From Escherichia coli (GTDB taxonomy: Bacteria; Pseudomonadota; Gammaproteobacteria; Enterobacterales; Enterobacteriaceae): a stretch of DNA of 64,000 nucleotides. The notes beneath the pieces are model-generated. The model was not told the origin of the DNA. It did not search any database and saw only the letters and a program-made list of their open reading frames with translations. The stretch lies in the NCBI RefSeq assembly GCF_051903065.1, contig NZ_CP178439.1; one strand, written 5' to 3'. Below, piece by piece: positions 28,419 to 40,721 of this stretch. A program made the position numbers and the translations under genes. Position 1 is the first letter of the stretch. The number at the start of each line of letters is the position of its first letter.

Positions 28419-29603
28419 CTATTCATCAAAGGCATTTCGCATAAGCTTGATCATTGCTTTTTTACCAGCTTCAATATTACGAATGTAGCGCATAACCATT
28501 TCTTCATTCGACCAGTTCCCCATTTCCATAATCTGTGGTAGCGAGTAACCTTCAATATTTAGCTGTATCGCTCCGCCTACACGAACGCTGTGCCCTGTCC
28601 AGTAACGAGTTTTAGTCTCATTTGGATAAAGCTCATTCCACATCTCTTTAAATGCTCGTAAAAGGGAATTTTTGCTGAGCATACCGGCATCGTCCACAGT
28701 GTCTTCTTCATCTTCATCGTTCAGAAGACTTTGCTTAGCACGATAGGGTAGGTTATGCCTTTTAAGAAGTTCAGATAGCTCATTCCCCTTACTCCGAAGC
28801 TTCCAGCCGGGTGGCATATAGCCTGTATCATGGAAATTTACGGCCTGGAAAAGGAATTCATCCGGATGACTGTGCTGATCCATTTTCACGAGGTTCATCA
28901 ATCTCAAGAGGCAGTTAGTTAACTGACGTGTCAGCCGGTAGGTAAGAAGTGTACTAATGTTCGTTTTTGTACGGTATACCGTCAGGTTAAATTCACCGGT
29001 CATACTATCCAGAGACAGATCTTTCAGACGTATACGTCGAATTTCGGATGAACGGAGCAGTGTTTCAAAGCCTGTCCAGATCAGGCACAGGTCACGAAGT
29101 TTACGAACTGAGTTTGTAGTACTGCGTAACTTTATCAGAGCCTTGAGATCGCCAATAAGAAAGGGAGTTGCCTGTTTAGTCGTCTTTCGCTTCCGGGCTT
29201 CCGATTGTTTTAAGGCTTCCAGCATGTACCATGCTTCAGACGTAATAATCCCGGGCAGGTTAAGCCCTTTTTTATGGATACTATTTAAGGCCTGAAGACA
29301 GCTGTTTATGCTGCTTCGTGACAATTTGCCTTCAAGATGCCCCATAAACGCAAGCAGAGCGTCCTCAGACACGGGGAGCGAACTTACTGGCCAGTCTGTA
29401 TGCAACCGGGCATTCGCCAGATACCATTCGTTCCATACTCGTAGCCAGTGCAGATAGGTTTTAGCAGTGTTGTATCTCAGATGGGAAAAGTAACGGATCA
29501 AGCGTGAAAGCTGTTTATCATGGTTGCCGAACGTTTCCAGCTGCTGATGCAATTCGCTTTCCGAAAACTGTCTGATCACTGATTGATTCTTCATCCTGCT
29601 CAC
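28419..29603 (-). CDS. Tyrosine site-specific recombinase (phage-integrase family)
   Basis: C-terminal catalytic region with GHSVRVGGA (H-x-x-R) and the nucleophile Tyr in MRYIRN; upstream Arg box (LRSSEIRRI); 394 aa. Confidence 0.75.
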   Translation of the reverse strand: MSRMKNQSVIRQFSESELHQQLETFGNHDKQLSRLIRYFSHLRYNTAKTYLHWLRVWNEWYLANARLHTDWPVSSLPVSEDALLAFMGHLEGKLSRSSINSCLQALNSIHKKGLNLPGIITSEAWYMLEALKQSEARKRKTTKQATPFLIGDLKALIKLRSTTNSVRKLRDLCLIWTGFETLLRSSEIRRIRLKDLSLDSMTGEFNLTVYRTKTNISTLLTYRLTRQLTNCLLRLMNLVKMDQHSHPDEFLFQAVNFHDTGYMPPGWKLRSKGNELSELLKRHNLPYRAKQSLLNDEDEEDTVDDAGMLSKNSLLRAFKEMWNELYPNETKTRYWTGHSVRVGGAIQLNIEGYSLPQIMEMGNWSNEEMVMRYIRNIEAGKKAMIKLMRNAFDE

Positions 29604-29758
29604 CGGGATACACTGGTTTTAATTACAGGTCATTTTAGCACTCATGTACCTGGTTATGAACAGGGTGGAAACAACGAAAAAGGTTGTGAAATCGTTAGGC
29701 TTAAGTGAAAAATGATATTAAGATTATCCCTGGCCAGTTGAGGCCTGTCTAAAGAAGG

Positions 29759-29977
29759 TTGATTATGTCTGACACAAAGCAGTCTTATTTAATGAAATTC
29801 CGTAAGTGTAGTTCGTTCGAAACGCTCGAAAAAGTATTTGAAAGGTTATGTGAAAAAAACTCGGGTGTCGCCTCTCTTGAAATTTCTGGTGCTTATGATC
29901 ATCGTAAAGCCGAACTGACAATGAAAAAGTTATATGACAAAGTTCCTGCGAGTGTGTGGACCTTTGTTCGCGAGTAA
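29759..29977 (+). CDS. Small hypothetical protein (72 aa)
   Basis: Isolated short ORF in the recombinase-proximal intergenic region; weak evidence. Confidence 0.3.
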   Translation: MIMSDTKQSYLMKFRKCSSFETLEKVFERLCEKNSGVASLEISGAYDHRKAELTMKKLYDKVPASVWTFVRE

Positions 29978-30167
29978 TTATTAATATTGGCACAACAAAA
30001 AGACTGTGCCTGGATTTGAAAATAGTTTATGCCCCTTTCGGGGCTAAAGGCATTGTAATAGCCTGTCTTTTAAAGTTGTTTATTAAGTTCGGAGAAAAAC
30101 TTTAATCATAAGCCAAGCCCACTGCTAAATACATCCGATATTCTCCTTCATTTTATTAGAAGTGATA

Positions 30168-30178
30168 AAAGTTACTTT
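30168..30178. repeat. AAAGTWACTTT palindromic motif copy 8
   Basis: AAAGTTACTTT, intergenic, upstream of the IS100-interrupted gene. Confidence 0.6.
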
Positions 30179-30184
30179 ACCTAA

Positions 30185-32774
<2,590 letters not shown>

Positions 32775-32779
32775 CTGAT

Positions 32780-33379
32780 ATTGAATATGAAATCAGTCAG
32801 GTGCAGCTCGGGCGACGTAAAACAACATACAGTGAGTGCATTGAAAGCCTGATCATTGATGAGACCAGTTCCCGGGAATGGCTATATCATCCATTAATGC
32901 ATGAACTTGAATCTGAACCTCTTCAGGAGTATCGGGGACGGGAGCCTTCAGAGGAAGGGCCTCTTCTTCAGCGCCTTGCTGACTGTAAGATGAAATTGCC
33001 TGATATCCTTCCGGGCAGTCATAACGCGCTAGTCAGGTTACAGCAGGATACGATTGTATGTCTGTGTCGGTTAACGGTTCGGGCTTATGACATCGCTCAG
33101 ACCGATGAATTTCCTTTGTTCCTTCGCTATTTCAGGTTGCACTGCCTGGAAAACAGCGAACATGTCAGTTACGAAAGACTGATCTGCTGGCAGGAAATGA
33201 TTTCAAAAACCCAGGAAGGCCAGTCCTTGACACAAAACGAACTTGAATATCTTCATGAGATTGTCCGCATCGCCTTTTACAATCACCGGCTTAACAATGT
33301 CAGTATTTCAGATGTTAAAAACCATGACACTGGAAAGAAGAGCGGCAGGGTAGAGTCACAAAACTATTCACTTTTATAA
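32780..33379 (+). pseudogene. Zinc-finger protein (CoiA-like?), 3' fragment downstream of IS100
   Basis: In frame with 30308-30820 once IS100 and one copy of the duplication are removed; the track ORF start at 32747 is inside IS100. Confidence 0.5.
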
Positions 33380-33545
33380 ATAACTTGGGCTTTGCGCATT
33401 AAACCCTTGCCGCAGGCGGTGTACCGCATATCCGGCACAGACAGTCAGTTTTTTCTGGCAGCTTAAATTTGACACTGCTTAATATAGTGATTCATTAAAC
33501 AGGTTCAGTATGCTGCCAGAACGTTTTAGTCGTAATGGGCGTCCG

Positions 33546-35099
33546 TTAGTTTTCAACTAACTGAACGACGACCAGCCTGCCGCCTTCCTCCTTTGACAGA
33601 ACAAACTGAGCGTTATTCGTCAGTTCAATTTTTTCCCCAATGGCAATCTGTCGTTTATCCGGTAATGACATAAGCCCATTTATGCCTTCATTTACTAACC
33701 ACCACTGATCGTTATGGAAAACAAAATACCCAACTCGTTTCCTTTGTGCATCGGTTGTGCGCTCATTTGGCGCAATGAGGCGATTCACATGCCACGCATA
33801 GATTGACTGCCCGCTCCACACCATCAACCGGTGGTCGTCAGGACGATAACTGCCTTCCTTTCGGGATGAATATAAATTTAGAACCGGTAATTTACCCTTG
33901 TATGGCGTACCGCAGTAGGGACAAACCGGCTTTGTCTTACCTGAGAAAACGTACCATTTCTGTTCACACGCCTTGTTCTGGCAGGGCTGTATCAGATCGA
34001 CTGTTTTAACCAGGGCACTTTCCCACTCATCGGCGGTCGGGCGTTTATTGGCATCGTGTAAGCCATCAATAAAGGCGCGTTCAAACAAAGGCGTCAAATA
34101 AGGGCCCATGATGGTGTAAGGAATTTTCTCCGGGTCAGCCCAGGGCAGTGAAAAGGAGGATAGCTGACTGACTTTGACTGCATTGCTTTTGTCTGTCGGA
34201 TGTTCAATGAAGAGTGCCTTCTCACCCATAGATAAGGTCTCATCACGTACTTCATCCGACATGTCATGTATTTTTCCGCCACGTAGCGGATGACGGAAGA
34301 ACAGATACATGTAGATAAGCACCGACAGCGCATGACGGTCAGTAGAAATGCTTGGCAATACGCGGTTCGGATCCTCTTTGGAAAGATGGCTGGTTTTCAC
34401 CACTTCCGGAGCGATAAAATCCGGGGTGCCCACGACGTCGGGAGGATACTTTCCAGGGACAACCAGGCCGTCTACGTCAATGATGCAGGCATGTCCCATT
34501 TCTGGATCGATAAGCACGTTTTTATAGCTTAGATCGCTGTGACAGAGACCTGCCGCATGCATCCTTCTGACGGCTCTTGTTAGCAGCAGACAGACCTTGA
34601 GATAGGTAAGCGTATTGCCTCGTTCACGTGGGTCGAGAAATTTATTCTGGTTGCTGGCGCTGGCAAACCATTTGCCTTCCTTTTCACGGCCTTTTATGCC
34701 AAGAAAATCATCGTTTTTAGAGCCGTATTTAAAGAAAAAGTAGCTTTTGTAGGTTGGAACCACGATGCCGATTTTATCCCCATGCTCAACAACGTGGGTC
34801 GGCCAGCAAAACAGGTCCTTCCAGTATTCACCTCCGGACTGGCCAAAAATGTTTTGCCTGTAGCGTCCGGTGATCATATCAATCCGATCCCGGGCCTGCT
34901 CGTTCTGCGGTTTATGATAAAAAGCGACGACGTATGATTTATCAGGCGAGAAGTAAACATCCTTCATCGAGCCCGAACCAATTACCTCGTCAACATACTG
35001 GACTGTTTCGCCGTCCTTTGTTTTGCACGTAACAATATTTGCCATATTGATCACCGAAGAAGCGTATCCCTTACCACAACACCGCAATAGTGCGGTCAT
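33546..35099 (-). CDS. Ser/Thr protein kinase, Ter-linked, with C-terminal zinc-ribbon region
   Basis: Glycine loop GSGSMKDVYF, catalytic loop HSDLSYKNVLI, DFG-like IIDVDGL; C-terminal CPYCG; the true start may be the internal ATG at 35045. Confidence 0.7.
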   Translation of the reverse strand: MTALLRCCGKGYASSVINMANIVTCKTKDGETVQYVDEVIGSGSMKDVYFSPDKSYVVAFYHKPQNEQARDRIDMITGRYRQNIFGQSGGEYWKDLFCWPTHVVEHGDKIGIVVPTYKSYFFFKYGSKNDDFLGIKGREKEGKWFASASNQNKFLDPRERGNTLTYLKVCLLLTRAVRRMHAAGLCHSDLSYKNVLIDPEMGHACIIDVDGLVVPGKYPPDVVGTPDFIAPEVVKTSHLSKEDPNRVLPSISTDRHALSVLIYMYLFFRHPLRGGKIHDMSDEVRDETLSMGEKALFIEHPTDKSNAVKVSQLSSFSLPWADPEKIPYTIMGPYLTPLFERAFIDGLHDANKRPTADEWESALVKTVDLIQPCQNKACEQKWYVFSGKTKPVCPYCGTPYKGKLPVLNLYSSRKEGSYRPDDHRLMVWSGQSIYAWHVNRLIAPNERTTDAQRKRVGYFVFHNDQWWLVNEGINGLMSLPDKRQIAIGEKIELTNNAQFVLSKEEGGRLVVVQLVEN

Positions 35100-36711
35100 C
35101 GTGGTTCCCTGTGGAGAAAAAGTTAAGCCAGTCGCCTAACCTCTCAGGCGCAATACTGGCGTCTGTAAGGACAGGGATGAGCTCATCAAGGAGACGGGTC
35201 CATTTTTCGTCACTGCGAAGCCCGTTATCTGTCTCAAACAGAGGGTCTGATACGCCATCTGTCATGAGGATCAAGTGAGATACATCATTCCATTTACCCA
35301 CGCTGATGCGGCCGCTAAACGAGGGGTCTGCGATAATGCTCTGGTCAAGAAAGCGGGTTTGTCCTGCGTATTCTCCGCTATCGGGATTTCCCAGTATCCT
35401 GACTTTACCGGAAGGGCTGTATGCACCTATCGCACCATCACCAAGCCAGAATGCAGCCGCAAACAGCTCGTTATCAGTTCGTAGCGCTACAGTTGCCAGT
35501 AGGGTTGTTGAATAGGATTTCACAGGTTGTTCTGCACAAATGGCTTCGTTCTGGATACTGTTGACCGCGAGCGTAGCTGCCTGTTTAAAATGATGAAGCA
35601 TGGCGTTTATGGTTGCCTGCTGATCGCTCCCTTCCCACGCCGTGATGTGCTGCTTTAGATGGACGCCTTTCAAACCACTGAGCTGATTGAAAAGGTAATC
35701 GCCAGCCGTTTGGACTGCAATCCGGGAGCCTTCCCGGGAATTTACCGCACTACCGGCCCCGTCTGCGACCAGCATGACAGACCATCCTGTTTCCTGGCAG
35801 TGGTTGATATAGAAGTCGTCATCTCTGAAGCTCCCGGCATGCTCATGAGATCGTCCCCGGCGACTGGCGGCAGCAATACGTATGTCACCCCTGACCAGGC
35901 CAGCAGCGTCCAGATGGGACTTAGGGTAGGAAGCGTCTGCTGGTGGCTCTACCACCTTCCACAGGCTTCTCGGATCGGGATTGACTATAAAAAGCTGTTT
36001 TGTTTCGCATTCGTCGTGCGAAGCGCATGACCAGAGTACTGAAAGCTCTATATCGCCGCTTTCGGTGGGTGTACCTGTCAGCAACTTATGCTCTTTGTCA
36101 AAGGTCAGGCCAATGTTCCTGGGAAAGACAACGTCCCTGACAGTAGCCTGCTGGCCCTCATCCAGAACTATAGCAACCGGCGAAGAGAAACGTTCGCCTG
36201 CGCGGGCGTTGGGAATAACTATTTTAGCTCTCGGGGGAACGGCAGGTGGCACAGCTAATCCGGCCCGCTGCTGGCCTGTCGGTATCTGCCCGGGTTTTAA
36301 TACCAGGGAAGACAGGTTTTCGTCTTCCCTCTGTGCTGGTTTATCAAATTCGTAATAAGGCATCAGCTTCCAGAACGGAGGATGAGGTTCATTTTCTGGC
36401 AGGGGTTGCAGTAATGGTGTATCGGTAGCGTCAATGCCCGGGTTATCAGCATCACTTACGACCGTTTGTTGCTGATCGGAAAGGCTGGATGCTGACGAGG
36501 GGGCGATCTCTGCGTCGTTATAACCTTCGCTAACCCGCGCAGATAAACCCTGTGCAAGGCTCTCAATCCGCTCTTTAAGCCGCATAATCTCTTCAGTAAG
36601 GGAAGGGTCGTGCGATAGAAGAAAAAGCCGCTCACCTTCTACAGGGTGGCCCAGCTCAGACAGCACTAAGCGGATAATCTTCTCTTCAAGTAAAACATTT
36701 TGCGACATCAA
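35071..36711 (-). CDS. PP2C-family Ser/Thr protein phosphatase, Ter-linked
   Basis: PP2C motifs LVADGAGSAV, WLGDGAIG, LMTDGVSD; 546 aa; overlaps neighbours at both ends (operon-like). Confidence 0.65.
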   Translation of the reverse strand: MMSQNVLLEEKIIRLVLSELGHPVEGERLFLLSHDPSLTEEIMRLKERIESLAQGLSARVSEGYNDAEIAPSSASSLSDQQQTVVSDADNPGIDATDTPLLQPLPENEPHPPFWKLMPYYEFDKPAQREDENLSSLVLKPGQIPTGQQRAGLAVPPAVPPRAKIVIPNARAGERFSSPVAIVLDEGQQATVRDVVFPRNIGLTFDKEHKLLTGTPTESGDIELSVLWSCASHDECETKQLFIVNPDPRSLWKVVEPPADASYPKSHLDAAGLVRGDIRIAAASRRGRSHEHAGSFRDDDFYINHCQETGWSVMLVADGAGSAVNSREGSRIAVQTAGDYLFNQLSGLKGVHLKQHITAWEGSDQQATINAMLHHFKQAATLAVNSIQNEAICAEQPVKSYSTTLLATVALRTDNELFAAAFWLGDGAIGAYSPSGKVRILGNPDSGEYAGQTRFLDQSIIADPSFSGRISVGKWNDVSHLILMTDGVSDPLFETDNGLRSDEKWTRLLDELIPVLTDASIAPERLGDWLNFFSTGNHDDRTIAVLW

Positions 36712-37748
36712 CCTCTCCCTCTGTTTACGTCGAAGTTAGTGTTTCCGCCATCATTGCTGAATGACAGACCTGTTTCACACCACGGGCAGATCACGTCATC
36801 CGGGCCGTCAATGCACAGCAATTTTCCGCATGAGCACAGGGCAAACGCACTGGCATTACCGCAGTGAGGGCAACCCGGTACGCCATGCAGTTCGCTGGTG
36901 TTTACCTGCAAACCGGTAGCGGTGGCATCTGACCATGCAAAATAGTCTTCATCGATGGGATAGCATCCGGCAATATTAAAGCTGTTCAGGTTCAGGCTGA
37001 AATCGAGCCCGGAAATCCTTGCTGGTGGCCGTTCATACTTCATCAGATACGGACGACGGGTCTTGCTGCAACGGCCGGTAAGCGTAACGCAGTTTTCGTC
37101 GTACGCTTTTACTGGCTCGTCCTTGGCCAGCCGGACTATGTATTCAGTCTGGCTGAGCTCAGGTTGTTTGTCGTCTCCGACGCTGCGGCTGTGCGCCGTA
37201 ACCGAGGCTGTGATCCATTTGATGAAGCGGGTAAAGTCCCCTTCCTGAGACTCGGTGAACAGCATGACATTCTCTGTCAGTTGCCGCAGGGTATTCAGGT
37301 CCGCTGACGGCCCCAGGCCAACGGCAATGAGATTCACTTTACTCGCGTAGTGATCCTTCCAGCGCTTCACTTCTGCGGTTGTGTCGTCAGTCGGACGTCC
37401 GTCGGTAAGGAGATACACGACGGGTTTCCAGTCGCCTTTAGCCTCATGAGTGGTTTTTCTGACCTGGGTATCAATTTGTACGGTCAGCTCACGCAATGCG
37501 GCCCCAAGGCTCGTACCGCCGCCAACGGGAAGGCGGGGAGGGTAGAACGAGGCAATTTCGTGAAGAGGTACAATCGTACGGGCTACACCGGCAAATGCGA
37601 TTACCGAAACCCAGGCTGTTTCAAGTGCGTGTGGATCCTTTCTTAAATCTCCGATGATCATTTGCAGACCATCAGTCATTTTTTTCAGGTTTTCACCAAT
37701 CATGGACTCTGAACAGTCCAGGACAAAAAACACGGGAAGGCGTCTCAT
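36708..37748 (-). CDS. terY: TerY-like vWA protein with C-terminal zinc ribbon
   Basis: MRRLPVFFVLDCSESM MIDAS start, LLTDGRPTDD; C-terminal CPHCG..CSCG..CPWC; start set at ATG 37748 with GAGGA upstream (track ORF extends to 37952). Confidence 0.7.
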   Translation of the reverse strand: MRRLPVFFVLDCSESMIGENLKKMTDGLQMIIGDLRKDPHALETAWVSVIAFAGVARTIVPLHEIASFYPPRLPVGGGTSLGAALRELTVQIDTQVRKTTHEAKGDWKPVVYLLTDGRPTDDTTAEVKRWKDHYASKVNLIAVGLGPSADLNTLRQLTENVMLFTESQEGDFTRFIKWITASVTAHSRSVGDDKQPELSQTEYIVRLAKDEPVKAYDENCVTLTGRCSKTRRPYLMKYERPPARISGLDFSLNLNSFNIAGCYPIDEDYFAWSDATATGLQVNTSELHGVPGCPHCGNASAFALCSCGKLLCIDGPDDVICPWCETGLSFSNDGGNTNFDVNRGRG

Positions 37749-37833
37749 AATTTTCCTCGTACGGCTGGTACGGCCAGCAGAAAACGTTGCTGTACAGAAA
37801 GGTGCTGCCCGGAAAGCAGCACCTTTCTGTCTG

Positions 37834-38475
37834 TCAGAGCACCAGCTGGATTTCTGGTGGAGGAGGGGGAAGGGTATCAGTTCCGTTATTGATCCCCGCG
37901 CTTGTGCTGCCGGAAGACACGCTGGCCGATACCCATTTAAAGAAACCTGCAAACGCGGTTGAATCTAGCGTCTCCAGAGACACAACCTTATCGGTGAGCT
38001 GTTTTAAGTGCTCATGGCCTGCTTTAGGACCAACGGCGCAGGCAATGATGGATCCGAATCCCCGGCCGCGAATCGCTTTTACCGCTTCACCGTACGCCAG
38101 GGCATCAGAAGGGGTTCCATCAGTCATCAGGAATACCAGAGGACGCCAGTCTCCTTTTGTATCACCATCTGAGCGACGTACATCCCGTTCAACACACTGC
38201 ATCAGACATTCAAGGGCAGCACCGGTGAACGTCCCGCCTGCGCTTGGCACAACGATGTCAGAAAACTGGAAGTCTTCCAGCGGCGTGAGAGGAATGAACT
38301 CACGCGCCTCATTGTCATAGGTGATAATGGAGATATGAACGCTTTCGAGGGCGTAGGGATCCTGGCGAAGAGCGCTAAGCATCGCCTGAATTCCAACGTT
38401 AACGGAATGGATGGACTCACCGCGCATCGAGCCGGATGTGTCGATAACAAGGTAAACAGGCAGGCGGCGCATCAC
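37834..38475 (-). CDS. terY: TerY-like vWA protein
   Basis: MMRRLPVYLVIDTSGSM, FLMTDGTPSD; 213 aa; start overlaps the terX stop. Confidence 0.75.
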   Translation of the reverse strand: MMRRLPVYLVIDTSGSMRGESIHSVNVGIQAMLSALRQDPYALESVHISIITYDNEAREFIPLTPLEDFQFSDIVVPSAGGTFTGAALECLMQCVERDVRRSDGDTKGDWRPLVFLMTDGTPSDALAYGEAVKAIRGRGFGSIIACAVGPKAGHEHLKQLTDKVVSLETLDSTAFAGFFKWVSASVSSGSTSAGINNGTDTLPPPPPEIQLVL

Positions 38476-39113
38476 ATGTAATTCCTCAGGTGCGAGACAA
38501 ACGAATCTGATTCTGAAGGCTCACCAATTGCCCTGAGTTTCCAGCCTGTAGCCTCGCGTATCAGCTCGGCAAAAACCATGGAGCGCTGGCTGGCGAAGGC
38601 GGGTCCGCCAGAAAGATCGAATCGTGCCATTTCAATATTACGGGCATCTACTGCCCGGATGAAGGCATTCTGAACTTTACCAAAGTGCTGCTGGAGCTTT
38701 TCACCATTGTAGATCTGAACGATGAACACAATTTTCTCGTACTGAGCGTCAAGGGAATTCAGGCGCACAATAATTTGCTCATCGTCACCATCACCGGCTC
38801 CGGTTCGGTTATCGCCCGTCAGCCAGATATTTCCTGACTTATGGCGAAGGCTGTTGAAAAAGATGATATCGCCATTCACAAGCGTTGGTTTACCATTTTC
38901 CACATTGCCGAGATCGGTCACCTTTCCGGCTGAATTACACAGGAAAGCGATCACATCAAGGTCGTATTCTTCTTCTTTTTTACCAAAGATCCCGCCGAGG
39001 AAACCTTTCTTTTCCTCATTAATATCCCAACCCAGGCCGATAGTAACGGACGAGAGATCGTATTCATTTTTTTTCAGGCTTACGCCCTGGCCTTTGCTCA
39101 GACTGACAGACAT
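38472..39113 (-). CDS. terX: TerD-family protein TerX
   Basis: TerD signature GDNRTGAGDGDDE; 213 aa; flanked by terY paralogs. Confidence 0.75.
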   Translation of the reverse strand: MSVSLSKGQGVSLKKNEYDLSSVTIGLGWDINEEKKGFLGGIFGKKEEEYDLDVIAFLCNSAGKVTDLGNVENGKPTLVNGDIIFFNSLRHKSGNIWLTGDNRTGAGDGDDEQIIVRLNSLDAQYEKIVFIVQIYNGEKLQQHFGKVQNAFIRAVDARNIEMARFDLSGGPAFASQRSMVFAELIREATGWKLRAIGEPSESDSFVSHLRNYM

Positions 39114-39135
39114 GACATCCCCTTAATTAATAAAA

Positions 39136-39774
39136 TTATAAGACCACGTTTACTTCTGGCGGCGGCGGTGGCAGGTCTTCAAGACCGATCACTTCTTTTT
39201 TGCTGGACTCCACTTTCTGACTGCCTACCGAAATGCTCGCACTGACCCATTTAAAGAAAGCTTTAATCGTCGAACTGTCAGCTGTATCGAGCTGAACCAC
39301 GATTTCAGTGATTTCTTTGAGGACGCTGGTATCGGCATCATGCCCGGCTGCACATGCCACAACAACGCCGGTTCTGGCCGCTTTAAAGTCATTCAGGCCT
39401 TTACGCCAGTCATCATTCGGACTTCCATCCGTCATCAGGAATACAAGGGGACGCCAGTCACCTTTAGTGTCAGCCGTCGTTTTCTGTACTTCTTTGGCAA
39501 TGGAGCTGGCCGTGAGGGAAAGCGCTTCGCCAAGAGAGGTGGTGCCGCTGGCTGTTAGTGCTGGCATCTGGAAACTCAGGAGGTCTGTCAGGGGGACTGC
39601 CTGTCGGGCTGAAGAATCAAAGGTGATCACTGACACGTAAGCCGTTTCGAGTGCATACGGATCCTGTTTCAGCGTGGTAAGCAGCGTCTGAACGCCATTC
39701 TTAACCGCTTCGATAGGCTCTCCGTGCATAGAGCCGGACGTGTCGAGTAGCAGATATACGGGTAAGCGTCTCAA
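39136..39774 (-). CDS. terY: TerY-like vWA protein, probable TTG start
   Basis: LRRLPVYLLLDTSGSM and FLMTDGSPND; homologs begin MRRLPVY, so the TTG at 39774 (AAGAAGGAA 6 nt upstream) is preferred over the track ATG at 39855. Confidence 0.65.
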   Translation of the reverse strand: MRRLPVYLLLDTSGSMHGEPIEAVKNGVQTLLTTLKQDPYALETAYVSVITFDSSARQAVPLTDLLSFQMPALTASGTTSLGEALSLTASSIAKEVQKTTADTKGDWRPLVFLMTDGSPNDDWRKGLNDFKAARTGVVVACAAGHDADTSVLKEITEIVVQLDTADSSTIKAFFKWVSASISVGSQKVESSKKEVIGLEDLPPPPPEVNVVL

Positions 39775-40200
39775 ATGTAATTCCTTCTTAAGAGATCGGA
39801 AGAGGAGAGTAGTTTCAGGAAGAGGCCAGAGTTTGTAGATTTGATAAAACGGCACGACATCTGTCGGGTGGAGATTAAATACTCAGAAGCGGCATTAAAG
39901 AAATAAGTTAACCACCATTGAATTACCGACATGTGAATGGCCTCTTATCAGAGAAAAAAATTCAGACCGTACTGGAATATAAATTTCTGAAAAAAACTCC
40001 GGCAAAAATAAACTTTCTTATGTATGAAAATCATCATACATCACAGATCTGCATGAATGGAGTGTAAATCGCCCAAAGATTGATGTGTAGCACAAGAGGA
40101 TGTCAAGACACCAGGTTTTGTAGGCAGAAAGGCGCTGCTGACATTGCGGGAGGAGAATAGATCAAAACTCCGTCACGCAGATACAGAGGTGAAATATGAC

Positions 40201-40222
40201 AAAACCGGGGTTTTCACCCCGG
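40201..40222 (-). terminator. Hairpin plus T-tract between terW and terY (attenuator/terminator on the minus strand)
   Basis: Minus-strand reading gives CCGGGG-tgaaaa-CCCCGG followed by TTTT. Confidence 0.45.
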
Positions 40223-40236
40223 TCTGAGATTTAGCG

Positions 40237-40704
40237 TCAGGACTTTTTAGCGCTGTATTCTTTTATCAGTTCATCAACGGAGTGCAGAGCCAGCTTCTCT
40301 ACCGCTTCACTTCGGGTCGAGCCACTCAGCGCAGCCAGACGGTCAATTTTTCTTAAAATCCGCATGCGTAGCGATAATGACACGGCTGTTTTTTTATCCT
40401 TATCGAGTACGACCTTCCCTGTGGACTCACCGGTTTTCAGTTCAGCATTCTGTGCGAGCGCTTCATTCATCCGGCGAAGGGTCTTTTTATCCAGCTGGCC
40501 CGGATTAACGAGATGGTAGGAATGACCTGCCTTGCTGTATTTGATCTCCGCAGAATATGACTCGCGTAGCTCTTTGAGTGCCCGGGTTAATGTCGGCTCT
40601 GAGCATTCCAGACTGGTTATAATGTCGGCAGCGGAAACGGGCTTGCCGGTGCCCAGTAAGTTGGCAAGCTTAAAAATCCGGGCCTGTCTGGTATTTAATT
40701 GCAT
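40237..40704 (-). CDS. terW: TerW, winged-helix DNA-binding protein
   Basis: 155-aa ORF with N-terminal helix-turn-helix-like segment (AADIITSLECSEPTLTRALKELR); position upstream of terY/terX. Confidence 0.65.
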   Translation of the reverse strand: MQLNTRQARIFKLANLLGTGKPVSAADIITSLECSEPTLTRALKELRESYSAEIKYSKAGHSYHLVNPGQLDKKTLRRMNEALAQNAELKTGESTGKVVLDKDKKTAVSLSLRMRILRKIDRLAALSGSTRSEAVEKLALHSVDELIKEYSAKKS

Positions 40705-40721
40705 CGTAAGATTTAGCCTGC

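Noticed and set aside
37748-37952. Upstream extensions of track ORFs to the first in-frame Met (also 39775-39855, 44752-45087, 43977-44042, 15390-15461, 381-479)
   Set aside because: The extensions overlap upstream genes or terminators and lack ribosome-binding sites; the internal starts reproduce the conserved N-termini of homologs (MRRLPV for TerY, signal peptide for TraU, MNKPVV for the HAD protein).
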